From Alphaproteobacteria bacterium (GTDB lineage: Bacteria > Pseudomonadota > Alphaproteobacteria > UBA7887), in assembly GCA_965216755.1 (NCBI GenBank), contig CBDCGL010000011.1, positions 4,288,001 to 4,352,000 of the forward strand: a stretch of 64,000 nt of DNA, given 5' to 3'. The notes beneath the pieces are model-generated. The model worked only from the letters and a program-made list of their open reading frames with translations, was not told where the DNA came from and ran no database searches. Positions 49,407 to 58,923 of this stretch are shown in pieces; the stretch's first letter is position 1, and each line of letters starts with the position of its first letter. The position numbers and the translations under genes were made by a program.

Positions 49407-49805
49407 TTACTTCACGTCCAATCCATCGAGATAAACGTTCACGATGGTCGAATAGTTGAAGTTGTTCATATCGCCCGTGTTGTTGACGACCGTCGTGATG
49501 CCGTGGGTATCAGTGACCACGTTGTTACGGATTTGCCCGGAGGTCTTCGTGGAGCCGTTATCCAGGCTAATTGTGTTGTCTTTGATCGTCGCGTCCGAAT
49601 CCACCTGCGACGTTGTGAGGACGCTGTTAGCCACGCCGATAGCGACACTGCTGAGGGCAGCGCTATCCACGGGCTGCAAACTATTCAGTCCTTCCGATTG
49701 GGCGGTCGCCGTTGTGCTCATCGCTGCGACGACACCAACGGCGATCACGCCTGCCAAAACTCGGCTCTTGCCGGCCGCCTTACGTTTCTTATGGAGCATT
49801 TTCAT
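49407..49805 (-). CDS. small secreted Fap-repeat protein (FapB-like minor subunit/nucleator candidate)
   Basis: signal peptide; C-terminal GITTVVNNTGDMNNFNYSTIVNV resembling the Fap repeat G-x-x-x-x-x-(Q/N)N(S/T)G-x-N. Confidence 0.7.
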   Translation of the reverse strand: MKMLHKKRKAAGKSRVLAGVIAVGVVAAMSTTATAQSEGLNSLQPVDSAALSSVAIGVANSVLTTSQVDSDATIKDNTISLDNGSTKTSGQIRNNVVTDTHGITTVVNNTGDMNNFNYSTIVNVYLDGLDVK

Positions 49806-49840
49806 TTTTTGCGTTCCCTGGGATGTTTTCTGCTCAGATC

Positions 49841-49875
49841 GTTCCGGCGGCAGGGAGAATTTCCTGCCCCGGAAC
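49841..49875 (-). terminator. intercistronic hairpin after the major-subunit gene
   Basis: GTTCCGG.GGCAGG...CCTGCC.CCGGAAC stem 11 nt after stop, no U-tract. Confidence 0.55.
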
Positions 49876-49886
49876 AGTGATGCCTC

Positions 49887-51080
49887 TTAGTTCCTGATCG
49901 ATCCGCCACCATTGACGCTGCCAACAATGGCGTTGACGCTCATCGCGACGTTTTGGTTTTGGGCGAAACCGGTGTTTTGCATAATCGGATTTACGCCGGA
50001 CAGTCCGGTGATCCCCTCCAACAGACTTCCTGTCTTGAACTTGAATGCCAGGCTGGTTGTTTGACGGCCACCGCCAATAGCTGCCGCGGTCGTGTTCTCG
50101 GCATCCGCCGCGATTCCATTTGCAGCGGTCGCGGCATTCGACACTGGTCCGGATTCGGCCTTGGCTGTGGCGTCTCCAGACTTTGCGTTGCTACCGGCGC
50201 CGGCCGTTGCGGACGTTTCGCCGACCGCGCCGCCGCCGCCTGTGGCGCCGCCGCCTTCGCCGGATGTCCCGGCCGCGTCGCCATCCTTGTCGCCCAAGCT
50301 GGTCGCGTTTGTTGCCTTGCCGCCGCCGATGGCGATGCCATCCGCGAAGTTTGCGGCGCGTCCGCCAGCGGCCCGGCTGTTGCCGCCTTGATTGCGCGCA
50401 TCGCCGCCCTCATTGCCGCCAGCCAATGCGGCTGCCCTCGCTGCCGAATCCGAGCCCGAGAAATTCGCATTTCCGCTGGTTGAATCACCGTCCGCGCTGG
50501 CCGCAGCGACGCCGATTCCGATCGCTGCCACTTCGCCCGCCGCAATCGCGGCGCCCGCTCCACCAGTGGCGGCACCATTGGCTTCAAGATTGAACATCTG
50601 AACTTTCGCGATCGCCGAACGGAGCTGCGAATGGCTCAACTGGGCCACATTGTTGTAGATGCTGCGGTCGTAGGCGACGGCGTTGCCCGAATTCCACATT
50701 ACGTGCCACAGTGCGCTGTTGTTGCTGTCGACGGTGGTCGTGTTGCTATAGGTCAGCTTCTCGGCATCGACATCCAAAGCGTCGATGTCCACTTTGCCGT
50801 TTTTGTTGTCGATGACGTCGTTGTCAGCTGTCGCGCCACCGCTGGCGTTGCCCGCGCCCAAATTGTTGTCAGCGGCCGCCAGATCGACATCCAACACGTC
50901 ATTGTCTGCAATACTGCTGTTGTTCGCGTTCCCCGCTGCCACGCCCGCGATGCCCACATTCGCTTGGCTTTCTGCCACACCAAGGCCGCCACCTGCGCCA
51001 CCCCCGGCGTACGCCGTGCCGGCCAAGGCCATGCCAACGGCGACTACCGATGCTGTAGCCAAATGGGAGTTCATCTTCAT
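49887..51080 (-). CDS. secreted Gly/Ala/Asn-rich protein with C-terminal Fap-like repeat (FapC-like major amyloid subunit candidate)
   Basis: GGAGGAG RBS, signal peptide ending AYA, ADNDV(L/I)D repeats, C-terminal SGVNPIMQNTGFAQNQNVAMSVNA; first gene of operon. Confidence 0.72.
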   Translation of the reverse strand: MKMNSHLATASVVAVGMALAGTAYAGGGAGGGLGVAESQANVGIAGVAAGNANNSSIADNDVLDVDLAAADNNLGAGNASGGATADNDVIDNKNGKVDIDALDVDAEKLTYSNTTTVDSNNSALWHVMWNSGNAVAYDRSIYNNVAQLSHSQLRSAIAKVQMFNLEANGAATGGAGAAIAAGEVAAIGIGVAAASADGDSTSGNANFSGSDSAARAAALAGGNEGGDARNQGGNSRAAGGRAANFADGIAIGGGKATNATSLGDKDGDAAGTSGEGGGATGGGGAVGETSATAGAGSNAKSGDATAKAESGPVSNAATAANGIAADAENTTAAAIGGGRQTTSLAFKFKTGSLLEGITGLSGVNPIMQNTGFAQNQNVAMSVNAIVGSVNGGGSIRN

Positions 51081-51249
51081 CGACATCTCCTCCAGCGTCC
51101 CCTTAACGATCCATTCCCGACAATCCGGCGTGCGACGCAATGTCCAACCCGCGGTTGAATTGCCGTCGCATCCCTTCGTTGGCCCACGTCGCAATTCACG
51201 TCGTGTGGCTCACCGGGTTGCCGGCGAGCCGCCGTCCGAGGGCTATATA

Positions 51250-51265
51250 AGCAACTCTCATGCCA
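51250..51265 (-). promoter_or_regulatory. sigma54 (-24/-12) promoter of fap-like operon
   Basis: minus strand TGGCATGAGAGTTGCT, exact GG-N10-GC; AT-rich tract 51288-51307 upstream (possible IHF site). Confidence 0.82.
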
Positions 51266-52023
51266 TCGCCTTGTTTGTCATAAGCAATTGAAAAATAATA
51301 TGAAAATGTCGTGGTTGGGGGGTGCGCAGCGCGGGGGCTTATCAGGTGTCCCAATCTTGTTACAGTCGATCGGGGGCCATTTTCGATGGCTGCTATTGGT
51401 GGCTTAAGCAGGTGTGACGCCGCGGACCGAAATGGTCTGTCAAATATTTGAAATTGTTCGTAAAATTGATGTCGATTTGTGCGAAGTTGCGCGCACCTTG
51501 GCGTGGGTGCAGTTCCGCCGTGACGTGTCAAATGTTTCGTTTCTGAAACATAGGCCGGACTGCAAGGCGCCCGAACGGGTAGGCTTTGCCCGATCCGGCG
51601 CATGTGCGGCGACCGTAAAGCGGTGCCGGTATGGTCCAATTGGGTGGTTGGAGATGAGGATGTATCAGGCACGAAACCCTTGGCCCATATGCACCACTTG
51701 GGTCACAAATGACGCGCGCGCATCCTCAGCCGGCGGGCGATCTCATTGCCGCCGCCCGTGACATGGCCTCATGGACGGGCGCCCCACGGCCGATTCCGGC
51801 GTGGCTGTCCTTGGCCGTGTTGACGAAGGCGCGCCGAACGTCACCAGGTCGTGGTGAAAATACACACCCAGAATGTTTCAACATGGCCCCAGATTGGCCG
51901 AAAGGTGCGCACCACCGCTGTTCGTTCAAACGGGGTCGTTTGAACGACGTTGAATCGATCGATGTCAGTTAGATAGAGCGTATCATGCGAACGTATGTCA
52001 ACCTGATCGGCTCCAGATCCGCA

Positions 52024-52359
52024 CTACATGTTAAATACGATCTTGACGCCGTGTTCGGTGTGGCTGATCGACGGCGGCTGTCGTCCATTCGGCGTTCGCG
52101 GATGGCGAAACTCATCCCACAAAATTACCGCTGTGTCGGTCTCCATCCGACCGCTGTCCGCGGGCCCAGAGGCGTGACCGGTCCCGACCGTGGCGCGCAG
52201 CCGAGCTTCGTCGAGAGGCATTTGGCAGCCATCGCCAAATAGGTTTGGCCTGGACACGCAGCCATCGATTGCGCGCGCCGGGGCAACGACAAGTAGCGTC
52301 GCGGCACAGCCTATGACCAGTGTGCCGACGCAGCATCTGAATTGTGAATGAACTTTCAA
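52024..52359 (-). CDS. small secreted protein, probably fap-locus associated
   Basis: signal peptide ending ARA; PLDEARLRATVGTG motif like the leaders of the FapB/FapE-like proteins; VILWDE motif. Confidence 0.55.
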   Translation of the reverse strand: MKVHSQFRCCVGTLVIGCAATLLVVAPARAIDGCVSRPNLFGDGCQMPLDEARLRATVGTGHASGPADSGRMETDTAVILWDEFRHPRTPNGRQPPSISHTEHGVKIVFNM

Positions 52360-53188
52360 ACTTCCTGCCTCAACATTGAGCAGGCCCCGCCCAGGGCAGC
52401 ACTTAAAATTCCACGCTAATTACGCCTACTCAATTCATGGGCTTGCCGCAAGTGAAAAATTTCAGATCGACTGTGATGAGTCATGGAAAGGTACAAAGAA
52501 ACGTCCCAAATCTATTTGCAAAGGACCTTTTGACAGCTGTTTCAATTATGAAACTCTAGCGCCCGTCATTAATGCAGGTCTTGGGCAGCCAAAATGATCG
52601 ATCCGCCCGAATAAGTGCCGGCCGACGCAGACCTTTAAATCCAATAGGTAGATAATAATAAGTATATAAATTACACGTAAGGCTTCTAAATTCAACGAAT
52701 CGCGTGCATCAACTTTTTACCGCGCAGCTTTGGATGTAACGGTCCTAACTGTGAGAGGCGAAGGTAGCTTCATATTTGACGTATTATTTAGATGTATCAC
52801 GAAAAAATATGGAGACACAGAAAAACCGAGGCCCCGGTTTGCAATGCGGCGCATGGGGTGCGGGGTTGGCGTCATAGCCGCCGAACCGGTTTCTATCGGT
52901 GACTTGATGGTCGCGCCATGATCTGCCAACTTCGGGCGCGGCAAACGACCCGTAACGCATTGAATTTGTGAAGCATCTGAGATAGGATAATGTTCCGGAT
53001 GCGGATCAAAAAGGGCGCTGACACGCCATGCGGGTGTGCCCGCGCGTCGCGACAGTGGCCAAAAAAATGTACCCTGGGCGGATGCCACCACGGTTGCCGC
53101 AGATATTCGTCGGTTGCGGCGTTGATGTCGTTTCGGCCAGAGGCATAGTCACAAGGTCCGAATGCCATTCGGTCGGAGGATTGGTTTG

Positions 53189-53839
53189 ATGTGTCAAGTG
53201 AGATTTCATCAAGCGATCGCGATGATTGCAGCCGTAATTGCGCTGTCGTCGCCATTGCTGGCGCCGCCCGCGCATGGCGCCTGGTATCAAGAGACTTTCG
53301 ACGGCGCGCCGAACGATGTCATGATGGGCATTCTGCATTTCGGCGCAGGTGAAGTTTGGCAGGGTGATTTGCGTGGTGGCACCTACTATCTCGGGAATCA
53401 ATCCGATGAACAGGCCGTCAACCTGTATTTCATCGGTGCGCTGCCAAATGAACCGGCCGGTTTATTGGGCGAGGCTGTGGTTTCCGTCGACGTCGGGGGT
53501 ACGTATCAAGGGCAGCGGGCCGGGTCGGGGCTGATTTATCGCTTCAGCGACGATCCGCTCAACTACTACGCGTTTTTGCTCATGCAAGGCAACAGTTACG
53601 GCCTTTTCCAAAGGGACGCGAGCGGCTTTACTTTGATAGCCAGCGCGCAAGATTCCGCAATCGCTGTTGACCGGATGAATCGCCTGACGGCGGCGACATA
53701 TTCAGATGGGATTTGGTTTTATATCAACGGCAAACATGTGCAGACGGTTCCGGCGCCCGGATTTGGCGGCAGTTCGGTCGGCATCATCGCCAAGGGCCTT
53801 GGCGAGCATTTCTTCGATAATTTTACGGTCGAACGTTAG
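53189..53839 (+). CDS. secreted beta-sandwich (DUF1080/concanavalin-like) hypothetical protein
   Basis: signal peptide; YQETFD, GLIYR..D..NYYAF, FYINGK, HFFDNF. Confidence 0.7.
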   Translation: MCQVRFHQAIAMIAAVIALSSPLLAPPAHGAWYQETFDGAPNDVMMGILHFGAGEVWQGDLRGGTYYLGNQSDEQAVNLYFIGALPNEPAGLLGEAVVSVDVGGTYQGQRAGSGLIYRFSDDPLNYYAFLLMQGNSYGLFQRDASGFTLIASAQDSAIAVDRMNRLTAATYSDGIWFYINGKHVQTVPAPGFGGSSVGIIAKGLGEHFFDNFTVER

Positions 53840-56800
53840 TCGTCACCACCAGGCAGCCTTGGCCGCGCGCCTTAAGCGTGGCGCACAACTGGGCAGCCTC
53901 ATCAAAGTCGGTGAATAGACCCGTGCGCAATCGATAGATCGTGGTGCCATCGTCGCGCGCGACGTCTTCGAAGATGGGCGCGCGACCGATCAGCACATCG
54001 CCATGGGCGGAGAGGATCGAATCCCACGATTCCGCCGCTGATTCCGCGCTACTAAGTGCTGCCAACTGGATCAAATACGCCGTTTCGGCGGACGCCACGT
54101 TCGAGCGCGGCTCGGTATTATTGATTTGCACTGCGCCATTCTCGCGATTTGGCCGCACATCGCGCGGTGCGGTCGGTGATGCAGGTACGTCCCGATCGAC
54201 AAAACGCTGACCTGTGGCGGCCGCTTGCGTGGTTTGATGGGCCGCCGCGCGTGCCGCATGAGCCGTTCCATTTACTACGCCGGAGGTGTGGTTGCGCGCC
54301 CCATTGCGCATCGGGCCTGCCTGTTCGTTGCCAAGGCGCGGCTGTTGGCTTGCTTGCCTCGTGTCGTCGGTCGCGCCCACATTGCGTGCCAGAAAACGGG
54401 ATGACCGTGGCGGCTGCGGTTCTTCGAGTGACGGTACCGGCGCGGTCCCTTGGTGGGTTGTGCCGCGCAGGGGTACGGGTGTGTCAATGGCACGCGCGTC
54501 GCGGTCTGCATTGGCACGTGGCGGCAGTGGTTCTTGTGGAAGAATGGGCTCGGGGTCGGCGATGGCCACCACGGTTCGCGACGGCCAAGTCATGTATCTC
54601 GGCTCCGTCGTCGCGGTTTGTTCACCCGGTTCGGCGGAGAGCAACGCCGTCGACTGTTCCATGCCTTCCAAGTCCGTGACAGTCGTCTGGCCGACCTGAA
54701 TCGAACGGGTCGCCGCACGAGCCAGTCTCGTTGCGCCATTGGTGTGCCGCGCAGGAATGGCCGGCGGCATCAGCTCGCCGGCTGCGGCCAATGCAACCGG
54801 CGGCATCACATCAATGGTCGTGCCCGTGCCCACGGTCGTCGCGCTATCGGCCCATTCCGGTTGGTATAGAGGTGGCCAAGACAACGCGTATCGCGCGGCC
54901 GACAGTTCAGCTGGCTCCAGCGGTTCGGCAAGGTGACGATCGACCCCCGCAATCGCTGGTGGTGATGTGGCCGCGGCCATCGCCACATTGACCTGACGTG
55001 GCGCCGGCTGCGGGCGCATTGTGGCCAAGGCGGCCTGATCGTCTGAGCGATTTCGATGCTGTGGGCGCCGCCCGACCGGCGGTTCTGAAAGCACGAACCC
55101 GACCATGGCCGGCACGGCGCTGTTAAGTTGACTGGGTTCCAATCGCTCGGGCGGCGTTGGCAACGCGACAAGGGTCGGTTGGATCGGATGGAAAAGCGAC
55201 GCGGGTTGGTCCGGCACCGCAACCCGACCCAACGGCTCTTGTGGCGCGGGACCTTGCAAGAGTGGGTCGGGCGACGTGTATCGTGGTTCGGTTGGACTGG
55301 GGGTCGGCGCTCGGTGCTGTTGGGGTGCCCGCAGCAGCGCACCAATGTCGAGCATCGCGGCGACCGAACGCTTGGGGCTTGGCGGCGTTGACGGCTCTTG
55401 AAGGCCAATGGGCGTGATCGCCAAGCCAACGCGCAAAGGCGGTGGCGTTGCGTCACCAAATGCGACGGCGACAACATTGCCCAGGCGCTGATGTGGGGCC
55501 GGTTCATCCATACTCTCGCGCGTGGCGTGGATAACCGGGGTCGGAACCGTGCTTTCGCTCGTGGTTACACCCACGCCGTTTGTGGCGGCGGCGTAGTCGA
55601 GCGTTTCATCGGGTGCCAAGGCGGCAAGTGAGCTCTGCGCGCTGCCGGTACTTGCTGCGTCATCCGGCGGCGATGGTTCATGCTCGATGTTGCTGTCACC
55701 GCCCAGATTCGCTGCAACACGAATGGTGCCTTGGATGCGTGCCAAACGTGTGCGCAAGTCCACCGCGTCTGAGCCCCTGCCAAGGGCAACATAGGCCTGT
55801 GACAGGCTGTTCAGAGTTCCGACCAGACGCGGATCATCCGGTCCGAAAAGCCGCTCGCGAATAACCAAGTCGCGAATCAATAGGGGCACCGCCTCGGCTG
55901 CCCGATCCTGCGCCAAATAGCACGCCCCCAGGTTGCTCAAAGCGCGGCTGAGGGCCGGATGATTCCACGGCAACTGGCTTTCAAAAATCGCCAGAGCCCG
56001 TTCCAGCAACGGTTCCGCTTCGGCCGCCTGGTCATGGGCATTATGGACGGCGCCCAGGTTGGCCAGACTGTGGGCCACGTCGACATGGCCGGGACCTAGA
56101 ATGCGTTCACGCGTGGCGAGCGCCGCCCCCAAAAGAGGTTCTGCGGCGTCGGCGTCCCGTGTTTCCAGATACACCGCGCCCAGATTGTTGCGACTTTGTG
56201 CGACATCCAGATGTTGATCTCCGAGCGTTTCAAGCCGAATTTCCAAAGCTTGCGCGAACAGCTGCGCAGCTTTGCGCAATTCACCTTGGGCCTGATATGC
56301 CACGGCAATATTGTTGAGGCTTGTGGCCAGCGACGGATCTTTGTCATCGAGCAGCCGACGTTTTATTTCCAGGGATTGCTGGAAAAAGTCGATGGCTGTT
56401 TGATGGTTTGCTTGCGCATCGTGCAGGCTGCCCAGATTGTTCAGGATTCGCGCGATCGCGAGTTCGTTGTCGCCATTGGATTCGCGCAAAACGGCCAGCG
56501 CGCGTTCGTAGAGAGATTCGGATTCGGCAAAGCGTCCTTGCGCCTTGTAGATGTCTGCCAAGCTATTCAAGACGCCGGCCGCGGCCGGATCGGGTAGCTC
56601 TGTGCCGCGTTGGTACATGGCCAACGCGCGGTCATAGAGCGGTTCGGCCTCTGCATATCGCTTTTGGCGCCGGTAAAGATCCGCCAGCGCAAACAAGCTG
56701 TTCGCAATGGCGCGATCGTCGGGGTCCAAAATCCGGACATTGATGCCCAGTGCCTCGGTCAAGAGCGGATCGGCGTTCTTATAGTCGCCAAGCGCCTTGT

Positions 56801-57206
56801 GAAGGGTCGCGAGATTGCTCAGCAGTGCGGCATATGTGGCGTTTTCTGTGCCATATCGCGCCCGCCCGATTTCCAGAGCCTTCTTCCAAAACGGCAGCGC
56901 AAACCGATACCTACCTTGTTGATAATAACGCTGGCCGCGCTGATATGCGTGAACCAGCTCATCTTGGACTGGGCCCGACTCCGTTTGTCCTGCCTCTGCT
57001 TGTGTCGTGCCGTCGGCGCGGTTCACCGGATCCTGGGCGTAGCTCTGATGGCGCGCAGCGGCGGCTGCAATTGCCGTCATCACCAATGGCAACAACAGTT
57101 TGACGCGCAACCCTCGGCGCGGCCGATTTGGCCGGCGCAATTCAGGAATCGGCGAAGCCGAATTGGTGCTCTGGCGCCCCATGTCGCAGGTCACTCTTAT
57201 CGGCAC
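53823..57206 (-). CDS. exported TPR-repeat protein with Pro-rich linker and C-terminal SPOR domain
   Basis: about nine 42-aa TPRs (LNNLG...AEPLY.RAL), long Pro/Ala-rich region, SPOR YLIQLAALSS...YRLRTG.F....A..LC..LK..G..CLV. Confidence 0.85.
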   Translation of the reverse strand: MPIRVTCDMGRQSTNSASPIPELRRPNRPRRGLRVKLLLPLVMTAIAAAAARHQSYAQDPVNRADGTTQAEAGQTESGPVQDELVHAYQRGQRYYQQGRYRFALPFWKKALEIGRARYGTENATYAALLSNLATLHKALGDYKNADPLLTEALGINVRILDPDDRAIANSLFALADLYRRQKRYAEAEPLYDRALAMYQRGTELPDPAAAGVLNSLADIYKAQGRFAESESLYERALAVLRESNGDNELAIARILNNLGSLHDAQANHQTAIDFFQQSLEIKRRLLDDKDPSLATSLNNIAVAYQAQGELRKAAQLFAQALEIRLETLGDQHLDVAQSRNNLGAVYLETRDADAAEPLLGAALATRERILGPGHVDVAHSLANLGAVHNAHDQAAEAEPLLERALAIFESQLPWNHPALSRALSNLGACYLAQDRAAEAVPLLIRDLVIRERLFGPDDPRLVGTLNSLSQAYVALGRGSDAVDLRTRLARIQGTIRVAANLGGDSNIEHEPSPPDDAASTGSAQSSLAALAPDETLDYAAATNGVGVTTSESTVPTPVIHATRESMDEPAPHQRLGNVVAVAFGDATPPPLRVGLAITPIGLQEPSTPPSPKRSVAAMLDIGALLRAPQQHRAPTPSPTEPRYTSPDPLLQGPAPQEPLGRVAVPDQPASLFHPIQPTLVALPTPPERLEPSQLNSAVPAMVGFVLSEPPVGRRPQHRNRSDDQAALATMRPQPAPRQVNVAMAAATSPPAIAGVDRHLAEPLEPAELSAARYALSWPPLYQPEWADSATTVGTGTTIDVMPPVALAAAGELMPPAIPARHTNGATRLARAATRSIQVGQTTVTDLEGMEQSTALLSAEPGEQTATTEPRYMTWPSRTVVAIADPEPILPQEPLPPRANADRDARAIDTPVPLRGTTHQGTAPVPSLEEPQPPRSSRFLARNVGATDDTRQASQQPRLGNEQAGPMRNGARNHTSGVVNGTAHAARAAAHQTTQAAATGQRFVDRDVPASPTAPRDVRPNRENGAVQINNTEPRSNVASAETAYLIQLAALSSAESAAESWDSILSAHGDVLIGRAPIFEDVARDDGTTIYRLRTGLFTDFDEAAQLCATLKARGQGCLVVTTNVRP

Positions 57207-57422
57207 AATCGCAGCAATGGCCGCGAACGCGATGGCATTATGCCATCGAGCTGTCCCACGCGTCGTCTTAATGTGCCTATTAACGTGATCATCGACCGCA
57301 ACCGGCGCTACGCTCTCCTCACGGGATCAGAGTGTGACGCTGTATGTCAAACAGAAAATCGGCGCTTTATCCGACAACGCGCTTTATATCCCTAACCTGC
57401 GTCATGAGTGCGCAAATGCGCC

Positions 57423-58655
57423 TCAAGGCTCAAGCTCCGCAATAAATGCTTCGGTATTCGCGGCGCCGAATGCGGTAATCGCTGCCGTCGCGTTTGGATC
57501 GTTCGCGTAGGCGACAATGATCGCGTCATACGGATCGCGCCCAAGGTCGCGCGCAGCGTTGTAGCGGCCGCGCGCCCGTGCGTCCTCATTGATGACGAAC
57601 CTTATATGGGCGCGGGCGATATCCGACACGGCGTCGGTAACAACACTTGGCGTTGCCGAGGCCCGCGCCGCGGCATTCTCTATGCCCATTTCTGTTGCAG
57701 GCACGTCCGAAATAGTAACCGATGTCACCGGTGCGGCTTCGACAGCGGGTTGTGATACGATATTCGCAGAGGGGACAGGCGGCAACGCGGTGGCCGCGGC
57801 GGTTTCGGCGACTGGCCGCGCGTCTGATGCCGCCAGCGGTTGCGTTTTGCTTGCGGTCGCTTGGGTGGCGTAAGAACCGCCACGATCTGGTTGGTCGTCG
57901 TCAGACTCAGAATCGACGGCGACCCATTGCGGCCGCACGGGCCGGGCGAGCACCAGGGCCTTGGCCGCTTCCAATCGATTGGCGGTTGCGCTTAGTTCGC
58001 GCTCCAGCTTTGCCGCGCGCTGTTCGGCGCTCGATAGTTGGGAACTTGCTTGTTTTTGCTCAGCTTCCGCGTCGGCCGCCACGTTCTTGAGCACACCGAC
58101 CTCATCCTGGAGGCTCGCCAATTGCTCATGCAGATGATTGGCCTGATCCGATTGGGTCTTGGCCTGCGCTTCACTTTGGGCCAATCGTGAGGTCAGGTCC
58201 GCGTGGCGTTGTTGGGTAAGCCGGGCGTAGTCGGTCATCACGGTCTGAAGATAGGCGAGACGGCGCTGTGATGCGTCGAGCTGCACGTCTGCCGTCACAC
58301 GTGCCGTCCGTTCGGCAGAGACACGCGTTTGCCGCTTTTCGTGCGCCAAGGCAGCTGACTTGCGTGCCGCGCGCGCGGCGCGCCGTTCGGTCTCGATGGT
58401 GCGCCGCTGCGTTTCCAAGGCGGCAGCAAATGTGCGTGCGGCTTCGGCGTCGGCAAGTTGGGCTTGCCGCGCATTAAGGACGCTGAACGCAACCGCAAGC
58501 CCAAAAAAGGCGAGGGCGGCCCAGGCACGAACCGTGAGTTTACGATGCAAAGGCGCGGCGCGACGGACCGTGCTGCCGGTCACGGCAAGAAAGAATGCGA
58601 AAACCCCATAGGCTGGGGCCAGGGCCGAAAAGCCCAGATCCACCTTGCCCTCCAT
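57423..58655 (-). CDS. membrane-anchored coiled-coil protein
   Basis: two N-terminal TM segments, about 180-aa Ala/Gln/Glu/Arg coiled coil, low-complexity linker. Confidence 0.68.
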   Translation of the reverse strand: MEGKVDLGFSALAPAYGVFAFFLAVTGSTVRRAAPLHRKLTVRAWAALAFFGLAVAFSVLNARQAQLADAEAARTFAAALETQRRTIETERRAARAARKSAALAHEKRQTRVSAERTARVTADVQLDASQRRLAYLQTVMTDYARLTQQRHADLTSRLAQSEAQAKTQSDQANHLHEQLASLQDEVGVLKNVAADAEAEQKQASSQLSSAEQRAAKLERELSATANRLEAAKALVLARPVRPQWVAVDSESDDDQPDRGGSYATQATASKTQPLAASDARPVAETAAATALPPVPSANIVSQPAVEAAPVTSVTISDVPATEMGIENAAARASATPSVVTDAVSDIARAHIRFVINEDARARGRYNAARDLGRDPYDAIIVAYANDPNATAAITAFGAANTEAFIAELEP

Positions 58656-58730
58656 TTACGATGATCCGGGTGGCGCTGTGGCGTGAATTAGCCGTGCCAC
58701 AGGCAGAAACCTGAAAAATGAGTGACGCTG

Positions 58731-58746
58731 GTTAACAATTCGTTAG
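58731..58746. promoter_or_regulatory. possible CtrA box in divergent promoter region
   Basis: minus strand CTAA-CGAATTG-TTAAC, one mismatch to TTAA-N7-TTAAC; upstream of cpaF. Confidence 0.4.
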
Positions 58747-58923
58747 GGCGATTGAGATCCGGGGTGCCGCCGCAGCGATCACAAAACCAGCGAGCCTGCG
58801 GTCCAGCGCCTAGTCCGTGTGGATCATGCCGTTCCATACAAAATAGATAAAATTTTACTCAATTCGATGGAACGACCTCAGCAGTTGTCAGATAAGGCGG
58901 CGCGAGGTCAGGGAGAGCAAGAT

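Noticed and set aside
57268-57284. TTAA-N8-TTAAC as CtrA box
   Set aside because: Spacer is 8 rather than 7
58684-58699. sigma54-like TGGCACGGCTAATTCA upstream of coiled-coil gene
   Set aside because: -12 element lacks the conserved GC
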